Counted from the first letter of the stretch, positions 11,859 through 26,150 are shown. The stretch is DNA of 64,000 nucleotides from Mobula hypostoma (GCF_963921235.1 NC_086107.1:110176001-110240000); one strand, 5' to 3'. Notes: generated from the letters alone by a model not told the origin. Numbers and translations are program-made.

Positions 11859-13769
11859 AGTCAATGCTGGAGGAACTCAGCAGGCCAGGCAGCATCTATT
11901 ATATTGATTATATCATTATATTGAACCTCCTCCAATGAGAGACCACGCCAGGGAAATTGCAAGGTCTGATCTTGCCACCAAAGTCTCCCACTGGATCAAC
12001 TCCTGAAAGCTGCTCACGGTCACCGAGCATTTTGATGTTCTTGCGTCCAGCTCGGATCATCGTACAGTCATCCTGTTGTCGTTAACACAAAATACTCCGC
12101 AGATGCTGGGGTCAAAGCAACACTTACAACATGCTGGAGGAACTCAGCAGGTCGGGCAGCATCTGTGGAAACGAACAGTCAACGTTTCGGGCCGGAACCC
12201 TTCGACAGGGCTGAAGAGGGAAGGGACAGGGGCCCTATAAAGAAGGTGGGGGGAGGGTGGGAAGGAGAAGGCTGGAAGGTTCCGGGTGAAAAACCAGTAA
12301 GGGGAAAGATAAAGGGGTGGGGGAGGGGAAGCAGGGAGGGGATAGGCAGGAAAGGTGAAGAAGGAAAAGGGGAAAACATAATGCGTAGTGGAAGAAGGCA
12401 GAACCATGAGGGAGGTGATAGGTAGCTGGGGGAGGGGGCAGAGCTAGGATCATCATACTCTCATCCTGTTGTCGTGCATTGTTCCACTGAATGTGGTTGG
12501 CATGCTTTGTTGGTGCCGGAATGTGGAGTGACACTTACGGGCTGCCCCCAGCGCATCCTTAGCTTGTCGTCTTCTCCTTGGGCCCTTGGCTCCCAGTGGA
12601 GTGTAGGCCATCGAGCACCTTCCGTCTCCATCATCCTTGGTTGTGAACCAGGTATTGTCGGCTGTGCAGGATCCTGGCGACTTTCCCTGTGCTGCATCGT
12701 GTGCTCAGCCGATGATGAGCCTCTTCTCACAAAGTCGATGGAGTTCATCAATATTTTTGTAATCTGTTGTATTCACTGTACAGCTTCCCCAGAGCCTGGT
12801 TGGCCAGCCTTACCCGTTCCACCTCTCACAACGGGGACGTAGAGTTGGATGTTCAGAGGTGTCTTTAGGTTGTACTGGTTGTTAATGAAAATGTTGCGTT
12901 TCACAGTACGTTTCGATGTATATGTGATAATTAAGTGAATATGAATCCGTGGCGAGGAATAGACAGTCGATGTTTTGGGTCTGAAATATCTGCTGTTTAT
13001 AGATGCTGCCTGATTTGAGTTCCTCCAGCACTTGGTGTGTGTTGCTCAAGATTTCCAGCATTTGCAGAATCTTTTTGTATCTGTGCCCAGTGGCAGCAAT
13101 TCCAAATTGAGTGAGGTGGTTAGTGGGTCTGATTCCTGCAGGAAAATTCCGCACATCCTTTCGCATCCAGGAATTGTTGTGAATGAACGGATCAGTAGAA
13201 CCTCCGCTGCATTTCCAGTGAAGAAATCTCATTATGGACCTAAATAGCCTATCCCCGGCAAAAAAAATACTCCACACAACAGCAAATGGGGCTTCTGTGC
13301 ACTGTGGGCTTTTTACGTTGGAAATGAACATAAAGATAATGTGTGGTAGAACAGCTGTGACAGGAGAACAAGCAGGCAGGGGAAGAGCGCTGCCAAACGG
13401 CGTCACTGCCTCAGTGACTCTACTCTGCTCACAGTTCTGCTTGGATCGACGGTCGCGGCTTGGAGATGGTGGGGAGAGAACGTATGTGGAAATGTCCCAT
13501 TTCCTACCTGGCAGAAGTAGCCTGAAATTCCACAGCAGCCAGCAAATATACCCCATTCAACCTGCTGGTCCCCCAAACGCTCACTCGTATGTGTGGGATG
13601 CTCATAAAATCAGGCGTTTGTAACCCAGGGAGGCCCTGTACTGAGATGCTGATGGCTTTTGGATTGAATATTTAATCTTATGAGCTGATAGGATGTGCAA
13701 AAAAAGTCTTGTGTTTTAAAGATTAGCTTTTTTAAAAAAAATTGTCACATGAACTTTGAAAGATGCACA

Positions 13770-15288
13770 ATAGACATTAGGTGCAGGAGTAGGCCATTCA
13801 GCCCTTCGAACCAGCACCGCCATTCCCTGTGATCAGGCTGATCATCCACAATCAGTATCCAGTTCCTGCCTTATCCCCGTAACCTTTGATTCCACTATCT
13901 TTAAGAGCTCTATCCATCTCTTTCTTGAAAGCATCCAGAGACTTGCCCTCCACAGCCTTCTGGGGCAGAGCATTCCATATATCCACCACTCTCTGGGTGA
14001 ATAAGTTTTTCCTCAACTCCGTTCTAAATGGCCTACCCCTTATTCTTAAACTGTGGCCTCTGGTTCTGGACTCACCCATCAGCGGGAACATGCTTCCTGC
14101 CTCCAGCATGTCCAATCCCTTAATAATCTTATATGTTTCAATAAGATCCCCTCTCAGCCTTCTAAATTCCAGAGTATACAAGCTCCAATCTTTCGACATA
14201 TGACAGTCCCGCCATCCCGGGAATTAACCTTGTGAACCTACGCTGCACTCCCTCAATAGCAAGAATGTCCTTCCTCAAATTTGGAGACCAAAACTGCACA
14301 CAGTACTCCAGGTGTGGTCTCACCAGGGCCCTGTACAGCTGCAGAAGGACCTCTTTACTCTTATACTCAATTCCCCTTGTTATGAAGGCCAGCATGCCAT
14401 TAGCTTTCTTCACTGCCTGCTGTACTTGCTTGCTTTCAGTGACTGATGTACAAGAACACCTAGATCTCGTTGTGCTTCCCCTTTTCCTAACTTGACTCCA
14501 TTTAGATAATAATCTACCTTCCCGTTCTTACCACCAAAGTGGATAACCTCACATTTATCCATATTAAACTGCATCTGCCCACTCACCCAGCCTGTCCAAG
14601 TCACCCTGCATTCTCATAACATCCTCCTCACATTTCACACTGCCACCCAGCTTTGTGTCATTGGCAAATTTGCTCATGTTACTTTTAATTCCCTCATCTA
14701 AATCATTAATATATATTGTAAACAGCTGCGGTCCCAGCACTGAACCCTGCGGTACCCCACTGGTCACCGCCTGCCATTCCAAAAGGGACCCGTTAATCGC
14801 TATTCTTTGTCTTCGGTCAGCCAGCCAATTTTCAATCCATGTCAGTACTCTGCCCCCAATACCATATGCCCTAATTTTGCCCACTAATCTCCTATGTGGG
14901 ACTTTATGAAAGGCTTCCTGAAAGTCCAGGTACACTACATCCACTGGCTCTCCCTTGTCCATTTTCATAGTTACATCCTCAAAAAATTCCAGAAGATTAG
15001 TCAAGCACGATTTCCCCTTTGTAAACCCATGCTGACTCGGACCGATCCTGTTACTGCTATCTAGTTGTGTCGCAATTTCATCTTTTATAATTGACTCCAG
15101 CATCTTTCCCACCACCGACGTCAGGCTAACCGGTCTATAATTCCCTGTTTTCTCTCTTCCTCCCTTCTTGAAGAGAGGGACAACATTAGCCACCCTCCAA
15201 TCCACAGGAACTGATCCCGAATCTGTAGAACATTGGAAAATGATTACCAATACGTCCACGATTTCTAAAGCCACCTCCTTAAGTACCC
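13770..15288 (-). mobile_element. 5'-truncated CR1 LINE with frameshifted RT
   Basis: ORF 14564-15274 contains NYRPVSLTS, YLDFQEAF, GVPQGSVLGP and FAND; downstream KKANGML/RPHLEYCVQFW region; TGCACA TSD. Confidence 0.92.
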
Positions 15289-16608
15289 TGCACAGAAATG
15301 TATCATCATTGCAGCAACAACCAATACAGTTGGACCATTATGCTGGGGCAGCCTGGAAGTGTCGCCATGCTTCCAGTGCTGACATAGCATGTCCACTATT
15401 TTACTAACTCTAACCTGTACGCTTCTGGAATGTTCAAAGTACATTTATTATCTAAGTATGTATGCAGCATACAACCCTGAAATGACTGGAGAAAACAATA
15501 TAAAACACAGATGGGCACATTTCAGTTCAGTTCAGCTCGTGTTCATTATCTGCAGGCTGCCCCGATTCAAAAAGTTGTCCAAAAGTAGCAACGAAAAGAA
15601 AGGAACCAGAACTAGAAATAGAACACATCATAAAAACTGCATAGAGTCCTAATCTACAGTCCTTGTTGATTAAACCTTGCTCCTGCCCCATCTGCTGACA
15701 GCATCGAGAGAGAGAGAGAGAGAGATATCACTTAAATGCAGGGAGCTTCCCTCGAGAGCAGCGAGAGAGAGAGACTGCCAAATGTAGACACCTCTGGCAG
15801 CAGCAAGTGAGAGGCTAGTATTTGGCGCTGAACACTCGTTCACCTTCCGCACTTACCTTGATGATTTTAATCTTCCACGGTGCTTTAATCAGCGAGATTG
15901 ATGAGAGATGGATTTGATCACGGGCCCGTGCCACATCTCCAGGCTTTCCGATCTTCATGCTGCACAGTTTGGTCACCCCCTCGGAGACTGCAAAGCGCCG
16001 GATCGGCCCAAAATCACACTGCCAGAATGTAGATAACAGGCTCTAACAGTAGCAGAACCATATGTGAATCAAAAAGTAATGAAAGGAATTGCTTGATGAC
16101 CCATCTTGAAGACGTCACCTTCGGTAGTGTTGTTCGCTGGCGCCCTCTTCTGAGAGGAAACAGAACATCCAGAGGAAACCCATCGGGACATGGGGAGAAT
16201 GTTCTCTTTACAGACAGCGGCGGGAAGTGATTGCCTGTGCCGTACTGTGCCAGCCATTTAAAAAAAAGAAATTGCAAGATTGACTGTAAAAAAAAAAATA
16301 AAATAATTACATGGGACTTTGTTCTGCATCTCTTGACAAGGGCAGCTGAGCTCTGGTTAAACTTGTGACTGGGGATGCCGCAAGGAAAAAGACTTGTCAG
16401 AAGGCATAATGATTGGCTGTCGACCTGAAACATTATCCTTGTTCCTCTCTTCAGCCTGAGCTGCAGATCATTTCCAGTATTTTCTGTTTTTATATCAGCC
16501 TTCCTGGCTGACAATACTAGAAGCGTCTTAAAATAAAGTATTTCACAGTGTTAAAACAAAAGTGTTGTCAATCACAAAACGCTTGTTATTTGTTGCATGT
16601 ACCTAATG

Positions 16609-17372
16609 CAGTGGATTTCAGTTAATTGGGACACACTGGGATCAGTATATTTTGGCTTAATAAAGTGGATGCCCCAATTAACAGAAGTTTCATAGAGGTA
16701 GTTAAAAAGGAACAAAAAAAAGACAAACCACTTTTTAACTGAGTAACAAATTATGTATTTAAATGAAATACAGAACAAATTAAAACACTAGAGTACTGTA
16801 AAACTGTATTAGTTCTTAATAATTATCAGCAGAGGAATTCATCCAATGTCATGTTCTTTTCATTGATCACGTAAATGACCAAAATCAGCGCAGATACCTA
16901 TTACAGATAATGGACTGCCTTCATATCTTCACTGCTATTGTAACATTCAAGATGATTGTTGATACCTTCAAATTCTAACTTGTTGAAGTAGTGAAGTCGT
17001 TTAATTTTCACTCCCGGTCGTTTCTAGCAACTCCAAGCCTGATTGCTTGAAACCGCAGAGAGCAAAAGACTTCTGAATTGTCTTACTGCTTATTTCTCGC
17101 CAACTATCAGTGACAAAAATCGCTGCTTTTTGAACACAAACACACGCGACTGTTTGCTCTAAGCATGGTGTGTCTTAACAGCCCTACAAATGCACGTAAC
17201 TGATGATAGTTAGAAACTGTTTGACAACAGTCTCCGGTCCCAATTAAGTGGCACAGGGTCCCGAATGAAGAGACACTCGTCTATTTTTTCATTAGGTTTT
17301 GTTCTTTAATGGTTGTCCCAAATTTGTGCCTGCCCTGATTAGCTAATGGCCCCAATTAACCGGAATCCACTA
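16609..17372 (+). mobile_element. pogo/Tigger-type non-autonomous element (same family as 9096-10098)
   Basis: CAGTGGATTTCAGTTAATTGGG ... CCCAATTAACCGGAATCCACTA termini; colinear with the 9.1-10.1 kb copy. Confidence 0.75.
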
Positions 17373-17386
17373 TACATGTAAATGTC

Positions 17387-18047
17387 CAGTACTGTGCAAA
17401 AGTCTTAGAGACGGGCGATCGATAAGTTCGTGGCCTAAGGTAGAAGGAGTCAATTTTAGAAAACCTAGCACATTTATTTTACAACATAGTCCCCTCCTAC
17501 ATGTGCACACTTAGTCCAGTGGTCGTGGAGCATACGGACCTCCAGAAAGTGTCCACAGCAGGGGTGATTGGTAAGTTTGTGGCCCAAGATAGAAGGAGAT
17601 GAGTTATTAAACTTCAAACTTTCTGCATTATCACTCAAAGAGTTGAACTGCACGTGCATGTAACGAGAGCGTCTTGGACCTCCAGGTGGTCCACAGCAGG
17701 GGTGATTGAAAAGTTCGTGGCCTAGGGTAGAAGGAGTCAATTTTAGAAAACCTAGCGCATCTGTTTTTCAACATAGTCCCCTCCTACATGTACACACTTA
17801 GTCCAGCGGTCGTGGAGCATAGGGATCTTGGACCTCCAGAAAGTGTCCACGGCAGGGGTGATTGATAAGTTTGTGGCCTAAGGTAGAAGGAGATGAGTTA
17901 TACAGCTCTCGTTACATGCACATGCAGGTCAACTCTTTGAATGATTATGCAGGAAGTTTGAAGTTAATAACTCATCGGGGTGATTGATAAGTTCGTGGCC
18001 TAAGGTAGAAGGGGATGAGTTATTAAGTTCAATTTTGCACAGTACTG
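17387..18047. mobile_element. Composite Tc1/mariner-type MITE with internal repeat array
   Basis: TIRs CAGTACTGTGCAAAA / TTTTGCACAGTACTG enclosing five copies of a motif of about 38 bp. Confidence 0.7.
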
Positions 18048-19753
18048 TAAATGTATAAGGCCAATAAAGTTGATCCTTGACTTATCAAGTACTTTCAGAA
18101 ATGTAGTTTAGACCAACACAGTGACGTCTCAGGTGGTAATGTGATCATTGCGCAGATACATCACTGAAATTCAACTGGCCGGTTTTGGTTTGTCGCTAGT
18201 GATACCCAACGTTAAAGTTTAAAGTAAATGTTATTATCAGAGTACATGTATGCACTTCATACAATCCTGAGCTTCAATTTCTTGCAGGCATACTTAACAA
18301 ATCTACAGAATAGTAACTATAACAGGATCAATGACAGATCAACCAGAGTGCAGAAGACAACAAACTCTGCAAATACAAATATGAATAAATAACGAGAACA
18401 TGAGAAAAGATAACGAGTTTGTAAGGTGAGATGATTGGTTGTGGGAACATCTCAATGGATGGGCAAGTGAGTGTAGTTATCCCCTTTGATCAAGAGCCTG
18501 ACGGTTGAGGGGTAGGATTCCTGATGGTTTTGTACCTTCTATCTGATTGGAACAGCGAGGAGAGACCATCGCCTGGGTGGTGGGGAGTTCTGATGATGGA
18601 TGCTGCTTTCCTACAACAATGTTTCATGTAGATGTGCTCAATGGTCAGGAAGGCTTTACCCATGGTATACTGGGGTGAATCCTACCTTTTGTAGGATTTT
18701 CCGTTCAAAGGCATTGGTGTTTCCATACCAGGCTGTGATGCAGCCAGTCAATATGCTCTCCACTACACATCTATCAAAGTTTGTCAAAGTTTTAGATGTC
18801 ATGGCGAATCTCCATAAACACTTAAGGAAGTAGAGGCGGTATCGTGCTTTCTTCGCTTTGCAATTGCACTTGTGTGATCTCTGTATTCACGTAGTGTCAT
18901 ACAGCAAATGTCAGTAGGTTAGCTACTATTTTACCAAAAGTGTTTTTCTAATGATATGATTTATGAGTTAGTGCAGGCTGGTTATTTCCCAAACAGTTAG
19001 AACATTTACTTACGATGTCTGCCATAACTATTAGAATGTGCTGTGCTATAAATCTCGTTGTTGTCCTTGACTTCTCATACTGACAGTAGTTTTATAATAT
19101 AGATGAAATGATGGTAATTTCTTTGAGACACTTAGATCCACCTCAAAAAAGCAATTCCTTTCTCTGATCTATGAGTATTTGTGACTTTGGATAGTGTATG
19201 TCCAGAAAGCAAAAGTCAAAAATCAATGGTTTTAAAGATGAATTTCACACACAGACTTGTGTTGTCAACCTGCAATGTACGGTTCAAAGTAAATTTATTA
19301 TAAAGTACATGTTTCCTTGACATTCATTCTGTTGCAGGCATTTACAGGGAAAAGGAAATACAATAGAATCTTATGGAAAAATGGTACATAAACAGACAAA
19401 GCCTGAAAAAGTATCGATCTGCAAAAGAAAACAAACTATGCATATAGAAATATTGCCGAGAGCATGAGTTGTAAAGAGGTGTGTAGGTCATAGAATCAGT
19501 CGGGGGTAGTGGTGAATGAAAGTATCCATTCCAGTGGAAGTGACTGAAATGTTTAATAAGTTTACCAAAAGCAGATAGATGCAAGAGCCCATTGCATTTG
19601 AAACAACTAGATCGAATTTTAAATATCATTAACAAAAAATTAAACGGGAGCAATCTGATTATTCGAGTATTCTAATACTGATGTGAACTGTTACCTATTT
19701 GATCTATTCATCTTGATCTGTGAGTTTTACAAATGACTCTGTTTATTTTGCAG

Positions 19754-19801
19754 CACAGAAACGATTACGAGAAGCCGCAAATGCAAACGAGGTTGAGACT
19801 G
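19754..19801 (+). CDS. ANKRD54: ANKRD54 exon 2 (AQKRLREAANANEVET)
   Basis: ttttgcag acceptor, G|gtacgt donor; matches human ALKRLRDSANANDVET. Confidence 0.93.
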
Positions 19802-20852
19802 GTACGTTTGAATTACCTTTGCATTTGTACAGTTGTTCTTTTCCATGCCTTGAGGCGCATCGGGCAGCAACCTTGCCTTTTCTTTCGCGTTTGTCTGACT
19901 TTTATGAGGCTCGACACTCAACCCAGCACAGATGGAAAACGTGCAAGGAGGCGGGCAGATTTGAACCCGGGACCACTACCCTCGAAGTCCGGTGCAGTTG
20001 TCACTACACACCTGGCCAGCTTTTGTACAGTAAATTGCCTCTAAATTGTGATGCCGTGACTGAAATGACTACAGTCATCAAGAAACCAGCTCCTTGCTGA
20101 CTTCTGGTATTTGAATTTCTGTAGCTTTCTCCTCCCACTTGTAGCCTCTGCTCCTTTCTTTATCCGTTGAACTTCTCTCTGAAATTCTTTCTTTGTTTTA
20201 CTTACAAAACCAAAGCTCAAAATTCAAAGTACATTTATTATCGAAGTATATATACATTATACAACTTTGAGATTCGTCTCCTTACAGGCAGTCACAAAAC
20301 AAACCTCAAAAGAACCCCTTTTAAAAAAAGATGACTGTCAGTCAATGCTCAAAGAGAGAATAAACAAATTGTGCAGACAATAGAAGTAAGCATACACTGT
20401 AGCTTCAGAATTGAAGTTTTGAAAGAGACAAGGCCAGGCACCACTGCAGTTAGAACAGGCCACAGCTTCAGTTCAGTGCGGGGCAGCGAGCAGAGCCGGT
20501 CCCAACACCTGCACCTTTTCAATCTGGCTCGGTGCTTAAACTGTCCAAACTTCCGGTTGTTCTGTGCTCTCAAACCACTCTGGGGCCTGATCCTTCCGCC
20601 ACGATTCGACCGGTACCTGAACTTTCCAGTTTGGCCCGGCGTTTAAATCAATCAGACATCGGTACTTTCCCCACTCTCGTGGAGGCCGCGACTCTGCCTT
20701 GTCTCTGCTTCAACACTGACTCCCTGTTTTCTCTACACAAAATAATACTTGATTTGAGTGCTCAGTGACCTGTTTTAACCTGAATTGATCGAGATGGTGA
20801 AAATTGAGTCAGAAATGACTGCTGAATGCTTATCTCTTGAATTATTTTTTAA

Positions 20853-20987
<135 letters not shown>

Positions 20988-21011
20988 TGAAGCAAACTTT
21001 GGGGTTGAGAG

Positions 21012-21826
21012 TGTTACGTACCCCATAACTGGACCACTTAGTTGGAGTCTGGATTACTGGAACTAAGAAAGTTTTATTAAAGAAATAAGTAACATAGTAC
21101 TCTAATCGCAAGGATAAAAATGCAACAGGTTAGCAATGATAAAACACACATGTACACAGAACTAGGGTAATAGGAATCAATCAAGCTCTATCGCAGTCTA
21201 GGGGTAAAATGATCAGTCTCAAGTGACGCAGAGTTCAGTTCAGCTGAGTACAGTTCACAGCAATCGCTGTTGTGCCGTTGGAGAGAGAGAGAGGGAGGGA
21301 ATATGCAAATCTGGTACAAACAGACCTTTGATGTTCCTCGCAGTTAGCTTTCGGGCGAGCCCTTTTAATGTCTTCTGAGGTCACCGACTGTGACCCCTCT
21401 GTTCCGGATACGATCGTTCTTCCGCGGTGAACCCGGCACCCAGGCAAGGGCGGACACACACACCAGATTCCCGCCGATTGTACCTTTTCACCCTGTGTGT
21501 CTATGGTTGGTTCCGCGACCAGACCTCCAAACTTACACCAACTTGTGGGGGCACACCGCACTTCCAGGGTCCCGTTATCTCGTGATCTCGTGGTGTCTGT
21601 CTTGCCTAGGCGAACCTGTTCTTTTTATCCCCCTGCTGGGGTATCGCCTGTCCATCAAACTTCAAACAGTTTAGGTTCAAAGCAATCGGTCTGTCAATAC
21701 TCGGACTGGTGTCTCTTTCCGTTATCTCTTTCTCCTCTCTCATTAACATTTTTGAATACTGCTCCATTGTCTCACTTATCTCCCTCATTAGCATCAATCT
21801 TCTGATAACTTGGTTTTTTCGTCACA
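21012..21826 (-). mobile_element. Solo LTR (Gypsy/ERV-like)
   Basis: TGTTACG...CGTCACA termini, AGAG 4-bp TSD, interrupts a CR1 3' fragment; AATAAA on the minus strand near 21075. Confidence 0.8.
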
Positions 21827-23483
21827 AGAGGAATAATAAATCAGCCACGATGGAATGTGGAGCAGACTTGATGGGCTGAATGGCCTAATTCTGCTCCTGT
21901 ATCTTATGGAGTATTGTATTCAGTTCTGTTCAGCATGCAGTAGGAGGGATGTAATTGCACTGAAGAAAATTCAAGGATATTCACCAGGATGTTACATAGA
22001 TTGGGGGGGTTTTAGTTGTGGGGCGAAGTCGGGTAGGTATGGGCGGCTGCGGGGGGTGTAACTGGATTGAGATGTAAAGATTGTGAAAGGTAGGATATCA
22101 CGATGAAGAGGATATAGATTTAAAGTAACAGGAAGGAGTTTTAAAGAAGATTGGAAGGAAATTTTGATTTTACCTGGAGAGTGGCTGATATCTTGACAGA
22201 GGAAATGGTGGAATCGGATACAATTCTGGTGGCGTGGTAGTGTGGTGGTTTGCGCAGTGCTTTACATTACCGGTTTGATTCCTACCACTGTCTGTAAGGA
22301 GTCTGTACATTCTCCCCGCGACAGCATGGGTTTCCTCCAGGTGCTCGGGTTTCCTCCTGCATTCCAAAGATGTACAGTTAGGGTTAGTGAGTCGGTGACT
22401 CGTGGGCTGCTGTGTTGGTGCTGGAAGTGTGGCGACACTTGGGCTGCCCCTGCACAACCCTCGCTGATTTGATTTGACGCAAACGATGCCTTTCACTGTA
22501 TATTTTGACGCACATGTGACAGATAAAGTTAATCTTTATAATCAGTCACTGCATTTAAGAAATATTTAGACAGGCCCGTGAGTAGGCAAGGCAGAGAAGG
22601 ATTTCTGTATCGTGTGTGGAAAATGGGTTTGGTGTCAATGGGCAGAAGCTATAGAATGGATGAGATGGGCTGAAGGGTTCATTTTCTGTTCTGTATAACT
22701 TTATGACTATAAAGGGTAATCAAAGTTCTTTTGCCACTCTGTGGCTGCCATTACTATTAATATGTAAAACATAAAGGCACAATTGTTGTCAGGAAAAACT
22801 ACTGAATATCTTCTGTTCTCTTACTTACTTACCTACTGTCTGTTACACCACTGGTGTTTAGGGCAGCAATGAAGGTCCTCCATCTCTGGTGGTGTTCAGG
22901 GCTTCCTTCATCATGTCAGTGGCTTCCCCTCGGTTTTCACCACAGTCAGTCATGCGAGTTCTGGGTGGAGACTCAGGAAAACCGTCACACTCAGATGTCG
23001 AAGGATTCTTCATTGCTGATTCCGTAACGATTTTCCCATCAACCTGTGCCCAGACAATTCCCCTGCCATCCACATACCTCTTAAATGTTGAAGTTAAACC
23101 TGTATCCACCACTTCCCCATCAGCTTGTTCCACACCCTCACCATCCGCTGAGTGAAGATGTTCCTCCTCATGTTCCCTTTAAACCGTTCACCCTAAACCC
23201 ATACCTTTACCTTAAACCTTTACCCTCAAACTTTAGACTCCCTTCCTCTGGGGAAAAATACTGCAACCATTTATACCCCCTCATGAATTTATATACCTGG
23301 ATAAGGTCACCCCTCAGTCTGGTACACTCCAGGAAGAAAGATTTCAGCCCATGCAGCCTCCCCTTATAACTTAAGCCCTACGGTCCTGTGACATCCCAGT
23401 GAATTGAAAGTCCTTTGACAAGTAGCAGAAAAGTCACACCACATAATACCACATAAATCAATCCCTCCTCCTGACTTTGCTGA

Positions 23484-23654
<171 letters not shown>

Positions 23655-24530
23655 TAATGAACTCAGGCCGTCAGGGAACTAAAACTGCAGAACAAGGATT
23701 TGAATATTGAAAATTATTTCTGGATTTAAAGCCATGTTTTACTATTTTTACATTGATTTTCTTTGTTGTTTTACTTATTTATTGAGATATAGTGCAGAAT
23801 AGTCCCTTCTGACCCTTCGAACCACACTGCCCAACAACCCCCGATTTAACCTTAGCCTAATCAGAAAACAATTTACAATAACTAATTAACCTATCAACCA
23901 GTACATCTGTGGACAGAACATAGGAGGAAATACACACTGTCACAGCGAGAACATACAACCTCCTTACAGGCAGCAGAGGGGATTGAACCCAAGCTTCTGA
24001 CACTGTAAAGCGTTGTGCTAACCATTACACTAATGTTTGCAAATGTACTTGAAAGGAACTGGGTACTGATTGTGGATGATCAGCCATGATCACAGTGAAT
24101 GGCGGTGCTGGCTCGAAGGGCCAAATGGCCTACTCCTGCACCTATTGTCTATTGTCTATAAATGACATTGACCCCAAGGATATCTTACAACCTTCACAAA
24201 AGATCAAATTTTACCAAAGAACTTTTTTATCCCGAGCAACGCCTACCCAGAGCAGCAAAAAAACAGACGGGTGCCAGCCAGTTCTGTCAGCGGCACATGC
24301 AGCTTTCTCATGGGTAAAACAATATAGTTTGGTTTTGAGCCACAAACCCATCAGAATCAGGTTTAATATCACTGGCATATGTCGTGAAATTTGTTGTCTT
24401 TGAGGCAGCGGTACAATGCAATACATGATAGAGGAAAAAAACTGAATTACGATGTAAAGATATATTAAATTGGTAAATAAGTAGTGTTAAAATATAAATA
24501 AAGTAGTGAGGTAGTAATCAAGGGTTCATT

Positions 24531-25285
24531 GGGTGGCATGGTAGTGTAATGGTCAGCATGACGCTTTATAGCACCAGCGACCCAGATTCGATTCCCACCA
24601 CTGTCTGTAAGGAGCTTGTATGTTCTCCCCATGACTGCGTGGGTTTCCTCCGGGTGCTCCAGTTTCCTCCCACAGTCCAAAGGCATACTGGTATACAGGA
24701 ATGAGAGGGTTACCGTATGAGGAACGTCTGGCAGCTCTTGGACTGTGTTCCCTGGAGTTCAGGAGAATGAGGGGGGGGATCTCATAGAAACATTCCGAAT
24801 GTTAAAAGGCCTGAACAGATTAGATATGGCAAAGTTATTTCCCATGGTAGTGGAGTCTAGGGCAAGAGGGAATGACTTCAGGATTGAAGGACATTCATTT
24901 AGAACTGAGATGCGGAGAGGTTACTTTAGTCAGAGGGTGGTAAATCTGTGGAATTTGTTGCCGTGAGGAGCTGTGGAGGCCGAGTCATTGGGTGCACTTA
25001 AGGCAGAGATAGATAGATTCTTGATTAGCCAGGGCATCAAAGGGTATGAGGAGAAGATAGAGGAGTGGGGATGACTGGGAAGATTGGATCAGCCATGATT
25101 GAATGGTGAAGCAGACTCGATGGGTCAAATGGCCCACTTCTGTTCCTATATCTTATGGCTGGTAGGTTAATTGATCATTATAAGTTGTCCTGTTACTAGG
25201 TTAGGATTAAAAAATTTGGGGATTGCTGGGCAGCGTGGCTTACAGGGCCAAAAAAGCCTATTCCGCACTGTATCGCAATAAATAA
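24531..25285 (+). mobile_element. V-SINE interrupted by a CR1 3' fragment (24694-25158, CTGGTA TSD); other V-SINE copies at about 22230-22540, 23800-24030, 47110-47220, 49860-50140, 51820-52030 and 53200-53395
   Basis: tRNA-like head (TGGTAGTGTAATGG...TTCGATTCCC) and V-domain GGGTTTCCTCCGGGTGCTCC.GTTTCCTCCCACA. Confidence 0.75.
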
Positions 25286-25734
25286 ATGTTTAAAATGCCC
25301 ATTCAGAAATAGGTTGGTGGAGGGGAAAAAGCTGTTCCTGAATTGTTGAGTGTGTGCCATCAGGCTTCTGTACCTCCTGCCTTATGGTAACAATGAGAAC
25401 AGGGGTTGACTTGGGTGATGGGGCTCCTGAATGACGGACACTGCTTTTTTTGTGGTATCACTCCTTGAAGATGTCTTGGATACATTGTCTAGTCGAGTTA
25501 ACTAAAGCAATAAAAGCGCAAACAAAAAAATTGCAGTTGCCCCATGCTGGAAACATTCAGCATCTGTGAAATGAGGAACCTACTTAATGTCAAAGGCATT
25601 AGGCCAAAGGGTCTGATCCTGTGTGATACAATTGTATAATTGTATCGCACAGGATGGAGTGGGATGTGGATAGAACTATCTCTGATAGGTAACTCAATGC
25701 TAATTATCGTTATTGTAGCTTAAGAAGTTTCTTT

Positions 25735-26150
25735 TACTTGTCCTCCTTTACTGCCATGATGAGGCCAAACACATGTTGGAGGATTAGCATCTGATTGCCC
25801 TCTCACCCTTTCAGTTCTCATCTGCCCATCATCTTCCTCTGGATCCCCTGCTCCTTCTCTGGTCCACTGTCCTCTCCTATCAGATTCCGTCTTCTTCAGC
25901 CCTTTACCAATTCCAGCTATCACCTCCCAGCTTTACTCCTCCTCCCCTCCCCCAGCCACTCATCTTCTCCCTTGCCTATCACCTGCCAGCTTGTACTCCT
26001 TCCCCTCCCCCCTCCATCTTCTTCTTCTGGCTTTTGCCCCACTCCTTTTCAGTACTCTTGAAGGGTCTTGGCCTGAAACATTGACTGTTTCTTCCCTTCC
26101 ATAGATTCTGCCTGACCTGCTGAGTTCCTCCAGTGTTTTCTGTGTGTTGC
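25735..26150 (+). mobile_element. Penelope-like 3' fragment
   Basis: LLYCHDEAK..LE..HLI-like endonuclease tail, pyrimidine-rich region, then a pLTR with a decayed hammerhead. Confidence 0.6.

Noticed and set aside
11019..11938. Three long His/Thr-rich ORFs (286-301 aa) and antisense Val/Cys-rich ORFs
   Set aside because: Artefacts of a stop-free CA-rich simple repeat open in all frames; they lie in ANKRD54 intron 1.
12882..13623. 224-aa minus and 129-aa plus ORFs
   Set aside because: No recognisable domain, they run through repeat sequence, and there is no supporting splice structure.
14564..15274. 236-aa reverse transcriptase ORF as a functional gene or retron-like system
   Set aside because: 5'-truncated, frameshifted CR1 copy with the catalytic FADD changed to FAND.
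17413..18014. CRISPR-like array of five direct repeats of about 38 bp
   Set aside because: Vertebrate context, no cas genes, and spacers of 85-120 bp that duplicate each other; transposon-derived.
24531..24600. tRNA gene
   Set aside because: tRNA-derived head of a V-SINE with no complete cloverleaf; it continues into the SINE core.
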